Positions 33,942-46,671 of a stretch of 64,000 bases of DNA are shown one piece after another. Source of the DNA: Selaginella moellendorffii. Its lineage: Eukaryota; Plantae; Lycopodiophyta. The translations under genes were made by a program, and so were the position numbers. Where the stretch lies: positions 1,659,950 to 1,723,949 of the forward strand of contig NW_003314295.1 in NCBI RefSeq assembly GCF_000143415.4, written 5' to 3'. Under the pieces are notes generated by a model. That model was not told where the DNA came from, did no database searches, and worked only from the letters and a program-made list of their open reading frames with translations. How positions within the stretch are numbered: the stretch's first letter is position 1; every line of letters begins with the position of its first letter.

Positions 33942-34922
33942 ATGGTCCTCGAGGCAAGGGAGTTGCAATTCAGGAAATTGCTAACGGGGGATGCTGGTTT
34001 CAACGATTCGGCCACACTCTCGCTTCTTCCGCCCAGCCAAGTGAGTTCTCCTCAGCTGGAAGTTCCTCTGGAGAGACCTTTGACTCATGCTGCTCCACTT
34101 GTAAATGGCGCAAGGTAGAGAACGTTTTTTTTTTCTTTCTTTGTTTCTTTTCCTTTCATGGATGATGGATTGGAGCTCATATTTGTTTGACTTTGTAGGC
34201 CGAAGCACCAGCTTACGATCTTCTACGCGGGTTGTGTCAACGTTTATGACGATATCCCTGAAGATAAGGTGTGTTCCACTTGTGAAACTTCTCTCGTGTC
34301 TTACACGAGTTTTTCTTCAGGCTCATGCGATCATGCTCCTGGCTGGGAATTCAGCCACTGGAAACGCGAGTCAGATTCTGGGATCCTTGGCATCCTTGCA
34401 AGCCCCGTCTGCAAACCATGCCGGCTTTCCCGAGCCGGCTCACAAAGTTCGTAAGTTACAGCAGGGATTGGCAGCTCCATCGCAGGCCGGTTTGCTTCTA
34501 AGCCTCAACTTTGGCGGCCGCGCAAGTGGAGGAAACTTTAACCCCGGCATTCCCAAGATCTCGTGTCCTCCAGTTCCAGCTCAAGGTACACACAGCTTTT
34601 CTTTTTCCTTGTTCATGTTCTAATTTGTTTCTATCTTTTACTTTGTCGCAGTGCTTCCACAAGCGAGGAAGGCTTCTCTAACTCGGTTCCTCCAGAGGCG
34701 TAAAGAGAGGTAAAAACGTAGAGCAGTGATTTGCTTTTTGCGAGCATTTGCTTATGCGTGAAGGGAGAAATTCTTTGCAGAGTTCTCCAGCAGTCTATGG
34801 AGTCCGTCAAGGATGACAAAACCAGCAGCGAGTTTTCCGTGAAGAATCAGGACTGCGCGTCCGCTCAGGAAGAAAATTCCGCCCTCAAGAAAGAAACCTC
34901 GGTGGGATCTATCGAAGCTTGA
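33942..34922 (+). CDS. JAZ: TIFY/JAZ transcriptional repressor
   Basis: Spliced: QLTIFYAGCVNVYDDIPEDK|AHAIMLLAG (ZIM/TIFY domain) and LPQARKASLTRFLQRRKER (Jas motif, exon 34652-34709). 5'-UTR intron at 33823-33929. Confidence 0.9.
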
Positions 34923-35647
34923 ACCTCTAAACTTTATACTACGTATATACTTTTTCTAACTCCCAACTTAATTTCTGTAAAAACAAAGCTTAAAGAGAAA
35001 AGTTGAAAAAAATGAAGAAAAGGTAGAAAAAAAACTTAAAAAGAAATAGATTTAGGTGACTTTGTGTATCGTCAATTTTTTGGTTCTCGACTTAGAAATC
35101 ATGGGAACTTCAAAGTTATTGTTTGATCGATTGCAGGCCATGGTATTTGCTTAGCTTGCAAGACATGGTTTGGTTTGTATTGTTCGTTTGTTTGCCTTTG
35201 ATTAGAAGATACATACAAAGGAGAAAGAACAAACCAGTGGGCAGTGGGCAGCCGTACGCTCTGACTGATTGGCCGCCTGGCCCAGAATGGCTGAGCCGTG
35301 GGCGTACGGTCGCGAAAGCCAATCACTTTGGCTTTGGAATTTTAGTGTTTTTATCCAGTCTGGCGATGGTGGCTTTGCTGCCTGCCAGGGGACTGCGCCA
35401 AAGATTTGTGCGCGCAGCGATTTCAATGCGCGATTTCTTCCTCCAGTGATCGATGCTCGCTCCTCTGACCGGCGGCGCCGCGAAGAACAGGCTCTCTGGC
35501 GCGGTCGTGCGACGGGAACAGGGGATTCGGGGATTCGCGGTCGCGATTTTGGTAGGGTTTGTGTTCTGTGCATGCGGTGGTTCCCACGAGCGAAATTTCG
35601 GAGATTTGGCTCCGGATTGCTCGGATTTGTAGCCTAGCTCGCGAGCG

Positions 35648-38368
35648 ATGGAGGCGCCGCATCCTTCAGCTCATCACAGCAATCGGCATGAAGGGAAGCG
35701 GGACTGGTTTGGATTGTTCTCGAGCTTCCGGCACGTCTCCAAGGTAAATCTTGCTGCTAGCCTTGCATTGCAATGCGAGACTATTCTTCTTTATTTTCGC
35801 TGTAGCATCATGAGGACTCTCTCAGCCTCTCCAGCACTCCTTCCCCTGACGGAGGCCTACAATGCCTTGGAAATCGTGGCGGAGACGAGAAGCTCGAAGA
35901 CATCGTGGAGAATAGGAATTGGACGGCGATCCAGCCGTCTGGATTCCGGCCTCAAGCTCGCCGTAACGTAAGTTTGAGCTACATTTTGGCGAGAGGAATC
36001 ACTCACGGTGGTTTCTTGGTTCTTCTTCTTTAGCACGCAACGACAGTGATAGGAAGGAAGATGATCGTTGTTGGTGGTGAAACGGATAATAGAAAGCTCA
36101 ACGATGTACACGTAAGTTGGAAACACACTTTCGGATGATGATAAATATTTCCTTGCTGGCTGTGTTTTAGATGCTTCACCTGGGAAAATTGACATGGTCC
36201 GAGCTTGGATCATCTGTAATAACAAAACCTTCGCAACAGCTTCCACCGTGTAGCGGCCACAGCCTGGTACAAACACTTGAGATATTCTTCCTTGATCTAT
36301 CATTTATTTACAGATTGCGTGGGGGAAAACTGTTCTCTTGGTTGGAGGAGATATGGACCTTGACACTGACAAAGTCACAGGTTCGATAGCTACGTTCTCG
36401 AAGAATTCTATGACCTTTCCCTTGTTACAGTTTGGTCGTTTGACCTCGAGACAGAACACTGGACTAAAGTCCATGCGAAAGGCGACGTTCCCGTAAGTTA
36501 AGTGAGCTGTCTCACACAGCACTGACGAAACTGTGCAGGCAGCACGGAGTGGTCAAACTGTAAGTCGTGCCGGCTCTATTTTGGTCATGTTTGGAGGCCA
36601 AGATGCAAGAGGCCGCATGCTAAATGATCTTCACGTTTTGGATCTCAAGTCACTCATATGGCTTCCCTTGCTTACAAGGTAGGCTACATGTTTTACGCAT
36701 ATGCTGCTACCACTTTTTTGCTGTTTCTCTCAGTGGCAAAGGACCATCACCACGGGCCCGACATGTTGCTGGCATGTATGATGATCGTTACCTTCTTGTG
36801 TTTGGCGGTTCGACGAAGACAAAAGTCTCAAATGATCTCTATGCACTTGACTTTGAAACTGTACGTATGTCATACGGCATTCCCATCCTCTGATATCCGT
36901 TTTGCAGATGGTGTGGTCTCGCCTAAAGCCAGGAGGATGTAGTCCATCTCCTAGGACGGGCAGCTCTGGCGTCCTTGTGAATAACAAATGGTACATTACG
37001 GGCGGAGCTCAGCGTGGAACCAGTACGGTTTTTTTGTGGCTTTTCATCCGGTCTAATATTATGTCTCAGGAGTTGCTGAAACTATAGCACTTGATATTCC
37101 CAAAATGTCATGGATGAACGCTATGAGGAGTTCGCTGGATTCTGTTGCCAGTAATCAGGTACAGGGTTTTGTATTTGTCTCTGTAGTAAAGTTCTTTTTG
37201 TTTTCCTGCATGCACAGGGACTGAGCCTTGTTGTAGTTCAAAAAAAAGACAGGACTTTTCTTGTTACCTTTGGCGGAAGCGGTGCGAAATCTAGGAGCAA
37301 CGAGGTTCGTGCTTATTATAATCACCTTCCGTCCTCTCGTGACATTAGAAATCGTAGGTGCAAGTGTTGTACATTGCATCAGGGGAGCAAAGGGAAGACA
37401 ATGACATTTTTCATGGCAGCAACGGACGTACGTCACCGAGAGATCCGCTTGTACCTTCTGCAGCTCACAATGCTGTGAGCCCCACGAATCAGCGCCCGAC
37501 CGTCCTCTCTCGGCTTCTAGACTCTCCCTCCCCGGAAGCTGTTCCTGGTCTTGTTCCGCTGCGCCAGATACACTCTCAGGCTCATCAAAGTTACAAGGCA
37601 GGCGAGAAGGTTCTTAACGACAACGTAAGCACCGAAAAGATGGTCTTCATGTTCTTCAGTAATACCGATGCAGGCTTTTGTGTCAGGTTTCGTATGGCGA
37701 AGAAGAACCCGAGTCGCCGGATGCACACGACACCGTGACTAAGGAACCTCAGTCGCCACGCCCCGTGGAGCAGCACGAGACTTCCGTGGACGCCGACGTG
37801 AAGTGCGATTCCGATTCTCAGTCGGACGAGATCGAAGATGTTGGCTCGGAAGAGATACTCAAAGAAAAGCTTGCATTGGCGGTGAAGAAGAATCTCCTGA
37901 CCGAGGCAGAGCTCGAAGCAGTGCAGCAAGAAAAGGACGAGCTGGAGAAGAAGCTGAACCTTGCAACCAGGAGCCAGCAATCCGCCGAAGCAAAGCTCGG
38001 CCTGGTAACGAGGGAGGTGGAAGGGCTGAGAAGAAAGCTCGAGGCGTCGGAGCTCGTCCAAGAAGAGTCCAACAGCCTTTCCAACATCGTCCACTCTGAG
38101 AATTTAAGGCTGGAACACGACCTCTCGTTTCTAAAGGCGGTGCTCGAGGAGACTCAAAAGGTAACTTTCATTGCGGCATAGCTGAGCTTTCTCTTTATGA
38201 TCACGTTGTAGGAGTTACATTCCACTCGAGGAGTCCTGGCCAGCGAGCGCACAAGAGCCTTTCAACTACAGGTTCGTTCGTTTTCTCACATTTTTGTTGT
38301 CACTCATTCATACGGGGACTGCCTGTCAGGTTGAATTGTTCGAGTTGAAACAGACGCTACAATCATGA
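35648..38368 (+). CDS. Kelch-repeat + coiled-coil protein (ACBP4/5-like, no ACB domain), many exons
   Basis: VIGRKMIVVGG, WGKTVLLVGG, ARSGQTV..G..LVMFGG, LNDLHVLDLKS, NDLYALDFET, KWYITGG; C-terminal SNIVHSENLRLEHDLSFLKAVLEETQK|ELHSTRGVLASER..AFQLQ|VE.FELKQ. Confidence 0.9.
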
Positions 38369-38462
38369 GCGCGACTAAACCAATTTGTACATATGGTTTT
38401 TTTGACGTATGGAAGGTTCTCTTCGGCATTTATAGACAAGTACTACGGTTGTTGTTTACAGT

Positions 38463-39875
38463 TCACGCTCTCACCTTCCTAGAGAAGACGACGTACATTG
38501 GATCCGTTCTTCCGGGATTTGGCGATATATCCAAGGCCTGAAAGAAAACTCTGGCAACGTTGACGAGAAGAAAGGCAGGCTTGGTTTTTCAAGTACCTCG
38601 GCTGGTTCGTATCGTCCAGCGTAATGGAAGTAAGCACCAACAATCCAGACGTGATCCACGTCCCCAGTTGCCGTCCACACGGAGACTGCCTTCGTCCAGA
38701 AGCATCGATTCGAGAAACTAGAGGCAGCGGCGAGAGTTATCTTATCCGAAAGCAGGCGAGGCACGTACCTCAAGCAGGCTAAACCTCCGGGCTTAAGTAC
38801 GCGATTCATCTCCTTGAAGACATCAATGGGCTTGCTCAAGTAGTCCACACTGACCTGTGAAGGAAAAGAGAGATGGAATAAAGCGAGGAGCCAGGCACAC
38901 GGAGAAAGAACGAAGGAAAAGCAACCTGGAAAAGAGGCCAAGCAGCTTTACCGTGTTTGTAATCACGTCGAAGGAATTGTCCTCATAAGGTAGGCGAGGA
39001 TTCTGGTTTAGATCTTGCACCAAGTACTCTGTTAGCACCTGCGAAAGAAAAGAGAATATATATATATATAAGCTCTCGAGAAACGAGGTGAAAGATTTTT
39101 CTATTCTAAAGGAGCTGGAAAGGAGCGAACGGAAGAACGAACAAAAAAATAAAGCCTGGACCTTACTGGGTTCCGTTTGAGCTCTTCCTCGTTTAGTCCT
39201 TGTCCGGCGATGCGTTGCTGTGCGTAGTTCTTGGGATAGTGGCTAACCTGTGAGTCAGATCGTCATGGCCTAGCGAAACAAAAAGAAACGAAAAAAAATT
39301 CGAAAGAAAGCGAAGAAAATCTCGCGTACCCAGCTGCTACACATGTCTAGCAACGCCACGCCGGGAGTGTTGCTTGGTGGGAACACTGTTGCGTAGTATT
39401 TAGTGAGCGCCTGGATCGCAGCGTCGTCAATGTGAGTGACGAATCTGGGCGTGGAGTAGAAGAGCGTGTCTGGTGATCTTGAGAAACAAAGAACGTCTTC
39501 CATGTTAGCGAGAGCATTAGCTATCAATGTGGAGCTTACTCGTCATAACGCTGGAAATCTTCCTTCTTGAAGGGGAATTCCTCCGGCCACACCACGTTTC
39601 TTAGAATCTGGCGAGAAGGGGGAGAAATCCTGTGGAGATCGATCGAAATATCCGGGAATTCTTACCTCCTCTGCCTCGGATCTCTTCTTGGACCTGGCGG
39701 CAAACGCTGGATCCCCGCCCTGCGGCTCCATGATTCCAGCCGCCGCCGCTGCGGCGCCGAGCAGCGCCCGGCGCAGGAATCTCGGCGCTAGAGACGCGCT
39801 AGCTCGAGAGGATGGCGTCGGCGACCTAGAACAAACGCTGCGCCACCGGTAGCTCGCAGTCACAGCTGCCGCCAT
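38463..39875 (-). CDS. SAM-dependent methyltransferase (type 11), probable organellar transit peptide
   Basis: FYSTPRFVTHID, LDMCSSW|VSH, GLNEEEL, VQDLN..P.LP, VSVDYL, RVLKPGG, SFSNRCFWTKA, DPMYVV. Confidence 0.9.
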
Positions 39876-41772
39876 AGCTCCCTGACCTGATACGTGGCAG
39901 GGATTATTCGATGCCCGGAATATGCTTCCGGTTTGAAAAATCAAGGCCAACAGTTTGATTTTTTAACTGTCATGCCCCGTTAGATATTGTACTCATTTCG
40001 AGAATAGAAGATCAAGTTCTAAATTTTCTGGTGAGCTGTGCCGACCAATGCCAACGTGCTTGATCATAAATTTAGTCATTTTCATAGTATTAGTAATATG
40101 TTTTAAGAGCACCAAATGCCTGGTGGTGAGTGTGAAGAAAGTTTCCGCCGGAATTCTAAGGAGTGGTGGTTTTAAAACTTGCAATCTTCTCATATTCTTC
40201 TCGTTCTGTGATCGCCTCATCTTCATCTCGTCTAGTTCAATGAATGCAAAGCTTGACAAATTCAGATTGACTTAGCATAGTTAACGTGTTCCTTGGGAAG
40301 ATTTAGGAGCAAGCCAAAAAATGGTGGTCGTGCTGATGGTGATAAAGCGACCACCGCATGAAGAAACATTGGAATTGCATTTGTCAAAGAGGGCGCAACT
40401 TAGGGCCCCCCAAACTCAAACAAAAAGGGTGGTTTTGTCAAAGGAGATTGAATTGAAACGCTTTTGTTTTTGCAAAGAAGGAGAAGTAGCTGTTCTTCTG
40501 CTGTGCTCCCCAAAAAAGGCATTGAATGGAGACAATGACATATATAATGGCTAGAATTACAAAATCTGCTGCACTCACTTGCCAATGCCACCCACCCCAA
40601 GCCAACCAGAGGAGAGGAAAAACCAACACATTGGGGCCAGCCCCAAAAAGAGAGAAGCCCTAGAAACCTGCAGCAACAAAAGGCCATCCTCCCATAAAGA
40701 TCATTCAACTCCCCTTTGCAACAAACTCTGTACTCTTGTGTGCTCCTTTCTTGTGTGTGCTGTAGGGTGGCATGGGTGCAACATGTAAGTGGGACATGCA
40801 TTACAGAATCTTGTTCCCCACTGTTGATCAAGGATTAAGGCGAGTGTAACAAAATTCCATGGAATCTATGACGAGCTCGTGAGGTGTGTGTATACACGCA
40901 CACGACACGCTAGAATGAAGGGTATATTTGTACACGACATAGTTGCTTCCAGGGAGGATGTCAATCTTCGTGGAGCCCGCGAGAACACAAAAAGTAGGAA
41001 AGAAAAAAGTGAGGAAAGAGAAAAGGTGGCGAGGTTTCACCGGGCCAAATCGCCAAAAGCTGGGAAGGCGAGAATAAAAAAAACAAGATTACCTCTCCAT
41101 AATTCCCGCTAGTTCAAACACGTACGGAGAGCCCGGCCTGCCGTACACCTGGCCACCCAGTTTAACTCTTCACGGCTATGGCGGCTCTCTTTGTTCCGGG
41201 GGGTGTGTGTGATATTTTGGCGAGCGCAGCGCTTGGAGAGCGCGCCCTGGCTCCTGGAGCCCATGCCGCGCGCTAGGGTTTGATGGCGGATGGATGCGCG
41301 CTGTGGCGATCGGCGGTGGCAGGAGTGGCAGCAGCGGCGCGGCATCGTCTAGGTTTGCGAGCTGCCAGATTTTGGCACATTGCAGGGAGCTGGGGCTGGG
41401 AATCGCGGCGCGCGGTCGCGAATCGCGAGCGCTAGAGCGGGGATCGAGCGAGGTCAAACAATGGAGGAGCATTCTTGGTTTTACTTGTCGGGGTAGGATT
41501 CCAATGCGGCACGGGTCAACGCATCGCAAGTGGATTTTGGGGGCGATCCGGGGCCCGGATCGGGGATAGGACCGGGATTACCGTGTGCCGTGCTCGCGGG
41601 GTGATGAAATCCCCCGGGAGTCGGCGATCGATCGAGGCAGCGGCAGTGGCAGAGTGGTGTAGCTCTTCTTCGTAGCTGATAGCGCGACTCACGAGGCAAT
41701 GGGATCACAGATCTAGCAGGACAGGTGCCCGGACGGGGAATGTGCGCAATTCTGGGGAGATAGGGGGCTATC

Positions 41773-44710
41773 ATGTCACTGGGGCTGGCATGGGCGATTC
41801 TCGCGCTTCTCGGCGTCGTCACGATCCTACCGGCGGAGTCGCAGACCCTGCTGGCATCCGAGGCCTACGCGATGCGGCACCTCAGGTACTCGCTGAGAAT
41901 TCGGGACTTTTACTGGCCCAAGACGCGGGATCCATGCCTGAATTGGAGAGGAGTTCTTTGCGAGAATGGACAGGTGGTGAGCATCTATCTCTCCGGGTTG
42001 AAGAGGACGCTGGTGGGGATGGCGCGGCCGACGCTGGCGCTGGACAATCTCCAGGGACTTCCCGCGCTGCGGCTGCTCAATGCCACGGGATTCGTGATGC
42101 TGGGGACGCTCCCGGATTGGATTGGCCAGCTCTCGGCATTGCAAGTGTTGGATTTCTCGGCGTGCTCGATCAATGGGTCGGTTCCAGGGGGAATTGGTCA
42201 GCTGGGCAGCTTGCGGAGGCTGTCGCTCGCAAGGAACAATCTCATGGGTGGAATCCCGGCCAGCGTCGGGAATCTCTCCCGCCTCGAGCTGCTCGACCTC
42301 AGTGGAAACATGCTCAGCGGGGTGCTGCCGCCGGAGCTCGGGAGGATGGCATCGTTGAGAGATCTCGACTTGAGCGGCAACATCTTCTCGGGTCCCATTC
42401 CAGCTTCTCTGGCAGTGAGCTCCTCGTCGAGCTTGCGGAGCGTGAGGCTGTCCGATAACAGGCTTGACGGGTCGGTCCCCGAGAATCTCACGGGGTGGTC
42501 GACGCTCCAGGAGCTGGTTCTCGGGAAGAATTTGCTCGCGGGAGAGCTGCCTGGAGCTCTGCAAGATCTTCGCAACTTGACGCTCTTGGACCTCTCGCTC
42601 AACAATTTCACGGGGACGATACCGCCGGGGCTGGCAAGTCTTTCGAGTTTGCAGTCTCTGGACCTCTCCAACAATACGTTTTACGGGCCGCTGCCTGCGG
42701 CGGTGTCGTCTCTGCGAGGACTGCTCGTCTTGAACGTCTCGGACAACTTTCTCAACGACACAGTGCCGGCAGGGACCGTGGCCGGCGCCATACTTAGCGA
42801 GAACTGTTTCGTGAATGCGAGCGGGCAGCGGTCCTTGAGCGACTGCCAGGCGTTCTACGCTGCCAGGGGCCTGGTTTTCCAAAACGCTTCGTCTTTCAAC
42901 TTGCCGACGCCAATGCCGACGAGAAGATCAAAGTCCAAGCCCCGCCACCTTGCCGTTATACTGGGGGGAACTTTTGGTGGTCTTGGGCTGGTTCTCCTGG
43001 TGGCTGCGCTGGTTCTTCTTATACGAAAGCGCGAGAGGCGGCCGGCTCGAGAGCCTCCAAAGAAATCGGACGAGGCGATGGCTGGTGGCGCCGCCGCGGG
43101 TGCTGGCGCTGGTGCAGCGACGACGAGCGGGACGGGCCAACCCGTCGTGCCTCCCGCCGTTGCTGTCAAGATGTCGAGTATCGGAGAGTCGTTCACGTTT
43201 AGTCAGCTAGTCCGGGCAACTCAGGAGTTTTCTTCGTCCAACTTCATCAAGGCCGGGCACTCGGGCGACTTGTATCGAGGTGTTCTAGACGGGGGCGTGC
43301 TCGTCGTCGTCAAGAGGATCGAAGTTGCCAAGATGAAGAAGGATTTGCTCACTTTGGAGCTCGAAGTTTTCGGCAAGGCGTCTCACACCAGGCTGGTTCC
43401 TCTCCTCGGGCACTGCCTGGAAATGGACGAGCTCAAGTTTTTGGTGTACAAGTACATGCCCAACGGTGATCTGGGACAAGCACTACACAAAAAGGTTGTT
43501 CCAAGCCCACCCGCGGATATATTGCAGTCCTTGGACTGGATCACAAGATTGAAAATCGCGATTGGAGTGGCAGAAGGCCTGAGCTACTTGCATCACGAGT
43601 GCGTCCCTCCACTTGTACATAGGTACGTTCTTGCAGTTTAAAGGTTGCTGTTACGTAAAAGCTGATGGCGCATTTTCCTTCTTCCTTGCCATGGCAGGGA
43701 TGTACAAGCGAGCAGCATTCTTCTCGATGACAAGTTTGAGGTACGGCTGGGAAGTCTGAGCGAAACGCGGGAGCAAGGAGGCGAAGCGCAGCCTGGGTTG
43801 ATAACTCGGCTGCTGAGATTGTCACAGTAAGTTTTTTTAACGCTTTTCGTTGCATTCTTTCTTTAACTGTCGTTCTAAGTTTTCTCGTTTGTCGCTGCAG
43901 GACGACCGAGCAAGGCGATCAAGGTGAGAAAACATTTAATGTTTCCAAAGGTCTCCAGCTGCTCATGCTTCTTTCTTGTTTACAGCAGGCTCCGCGGTGG
44001 CATCATGTGCATACGATGTTTATTGCTTCGGGAAGGTGCTGCTGGAGCTGGTGACGGGAAAGCTCGACATCAGTGGCACCTCGGATCCAAACGCCGACGC
44101 CTGGCTGGAGTGGGCTCTTCCACTCATCGACCGGCACAACAAAGAGGGAATAATGAAGCTGGTGGACCCGTCGCTGATAGTGGACGAGGACCTGCTCGAG
44201 GAGGTGTGGGCGATGGCCATCGTCGCCAAGCTGTGCCTCCACGGCCGGGCGTCCAAGCGGCCGCAGATCCGCCACGTCCTCAAGGCGCTGGAGAACCCGC
44301 AGCGGGTGACGAGGGAGGAGAACTTTAGCTCGTCGCTGCGCTCCCGGACGTCGTCTCACAGCTCGTGGAATGCGTCGCTGTTTGGGAGCTGGCGGCACAG
44401 CTCGTCGGAGAACGTGATCGCGTCCGGGGTGCTGAGGGAAGAATACGTGGGTGGTGGCGGAGGTGGCGGTGGTGGCGGTGGTGGCGATCCCAGCAGGAAG
44501 CACTCGGGAACGTCGCACTCGCAGGGGTCGATCACAGGGGAGCAGTCGTTCCACCGGAGGCCCGGGTCGAGCGAGATCTTTCCCGAGCCGGTGGAGGACG
44601 TTCCAGTCAAGGCGTCGAGCTTGGGATCTGGGGACAACAATGGCAGTAGCAACAACAACAGTGTGAAGCTCCGGCAGTATCAACAGCAGCAGCAGCAACA
44701 GCAGGTATGA
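41773..44710 (+). CDS. LRR receptor-like kinase, atypical (At2g16250-like)
   Basis: Signal peptide, DPCLNWRGV.C, LxxLxLxxN LRRs, TM segment, kinase with GHSGDLY, HR|DVQASSILLDDKFEVRLGSL, YDVYCFGKVLLELVTGK, EEVWAMAIVAK. Confidence 0.93.
44450..44485 (+). repeat. GGN tract encoding 12 Gly in the RLK tail (a poly-Gln CAG/CAA tract follows at ~44680-44705)
   Basis: ggtggtggcggaggtggcggtggtggcggtggtggc. Confidence 0.8.
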
Positions 44711-45354
44711 GAATGATTGACACACACACGAGATTCACGAGGAGAGGCTTGCTTTATATTCTTTCGCAATAAGATCCCCCGAGAACTTTGGAAGAACACG
44801 AAGAAGAAAACACACACACACACACACCCAAGGTTGGTCTGTTCGTTCGTTTTGTTCCCCCGAATTGGTGGAGCAACAAAGAAATCCCTGTAGCATAAAC
44901 TTTCTTTTTTTCTTCTCCTGCTCCATCATAAGCTAGTCTTTTTCTCTGTATTTTTTCTTCCTTTTGGATCCAAGTTTTGATGATAAAAAAAAAAGAGATT
45001 TTTTTTGCTCTGGTTTCTCCGCCGAGAAGAAGAAAAAAAAAGAAAAAAAGAAATCTTTCAGGAGAGAAAGAACTTAGCTTAGCTTTTGATGCATCGATTT
45101 CATCCAGTCCAACAACGAGCGAGACTTTTTTGCCTCCACGTCGTTCGTGGTGGTGATGGAATTGAAGTTGTTTCTTCCACCTTGATTGATTATTTATGCC
45201 ATGCGCAGTCCTAGTACCTGAATCCTGATAGATAGATAGACGAGTCACTTCTTCCGTCAGGAAACACATTAAAGAGACTGGCAGTAGAATTGATTGGTAC
45301 CTGAGAGGAAAGTGTGAGCTTGCCACGCCTCGCTCGCTCGCTCACTACGTTTTC

Positions 45355-46392
45355 TTACTCGGACGACTTCTTGAGGAAACCGGCCTCTTCATCCTCCTCC
45401 TCCTCGGCCTCCTCTTCCTTGTCCCCCAAACTCTCCATCGGCTTGGACACCACCACCTCGGATGGCTGGCTACTCGGCTTCGGCATGGCCGTCGACTGCT
45501 GGTACAAAACCCCGCCAACAATCGTGAGCAGCAAGAACAAGATCCCGACGGTGCTGGCGTGCTTGTCCCAGATGAGCACGTTGATAATCACCGTGAGCAG
45601 CTTGTTCACCACCCCGGTGACTGTAAATGCGGTGGCCGAGATGGCCTTCCTGGCCGCGAAGCCGAAGAAGCTGATGGCCAGGCCAAAAACGCACGAGAGC
45701 GCCACCGAGAAGACGGCCTGGAACTGGAACAGGCTCTCCCAACTCGCCCGGGCCACCTCCGAGTACTCGCCAGTGACGATCCAGAAGAATGGAGCCATGG
45801 CGAGCGAGAGGAGATTGTTGTAGTAGACGAAGCCCCAGGTGTTGAGTCCCAGGTTGGTGACCATATGCTTGATGTACACCATCTCGGTGGTGATGGTGAC
45901 GAGGTAGGCGGCGGCCCACGAGTAGGCGGTGACCGAGAAGGCCGAGTCGGTGAGCACGTAGCCGATGGCGCCGCCGAGGATGACGAGCAGCGCCGCGAGC
46001 GTGTAGCGCGAGGGGAACTGCTGGCGGCGGAAGAAGGTGTCGGCGATGGCGACGAGCAGCGGCGTGGAGGAGCGGAAGACGATGAAGGTGTCGACGTTGG
46101 CGTGCTTGAGGAGGTGCGTGTTGGTGAAGATGGCGAGGTAGAAGACGAGCGCGGCGGGGAGGAAGCGCTTGACGGTGTCCCAGGCGAGGGCGTCGTGGTG
46201 GAGGAGGCCGGCCAGGCCCAGGAGGTGGACGCCGCCGGCGCTGGTGAGGTACTGGAGCGCCGTGAGGAGGCTAGGGTATGGGAAGTAGGTCACGGCGTAC
46301 TTGTTGATCACCGCCAGGAGGCTCGAGCACAGCGCGTAGCCCAGCACCAGCAGCGCCGTCGTCGACAGGACCGCGCCGCTGTTCTTCATCAT
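45355..46392 (-). CDS. GONST4: Golgi GDP-fucose transporter (GONST4/GFT1-like), intronless
   Basis: GYALCSSLLAVINK, LTALQY, NVDTFIVFRS, AYLVTITTEMVYIKHMV, YNNLLSL, ISATAFTVTGVVNK. Confidence 0.9.
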   Translation of the reverse strand: MMKNSGAVLSTTALLVLGYALCSSLLAVINKYAVTYFPYPSLLTALQYLTSAGGVHLLGLAGLLHHDALAWDTVKRFLPAALVFYLAIFTNTHLLKHANVDTFIVFRSSTPLLVAIADTFFRRQQFPSRYTLAALLVILGGAIGYVLTDSAFSVTAYSWAAAYLVTITTEMVYIKHMVTNLGLNTWGFVYYNNLLSLAMAPFFWIVTGEYSEVARASWESLFQFQAVFSVALSCVFGLAISFFGFAARKAISATAFTVTGVVNKLLTVIINVLIWDKHASTVGILFLLLTIVGGVLYQQSTAMPKPSSQPSEVVVSKPMESLGDKEEEAEEEEDEEAGFLKKSSE

Positions 46393-46671
46393 CGCGCCGC
46401 GCCTCTCCTCTCGCCGCCGCCCCTACCTAGTGCCGTGTGACCTCCACCAAGCGCGCGCGCGAGATCCGCCGATCCGGAAGAGCTGAAAGAGATCGAATCG
46501 ATCGCCTAGCCCCGCCGCCGGTCGCGAATCCGGAGGGAAATCTCTAGATCCCGGTGCCGCGCCGTGAGCGTCGTGCGCGCGAGGAGCTCGCGGCCAACAA
46601 GAAATCGCTGCTACTTTCAAACTGATAGACAATGTAGGTCTTCTTACTTTTTTGATTTTCTCGTTGGCGGA

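Noticed and set aside
39990-41770. Short ORFs or a possible miRNA hairpin upstream of the LRR-RLK
   Set aside because: No match to conserved plant miRNAs I recall and no convincing long hairpin; likely promoter and 5' leader.
45314-46440. Plus-strand ORFs opposite the GDP-fucose transporter
   Set aside because: Antisense shadows of GC3-rich codons.
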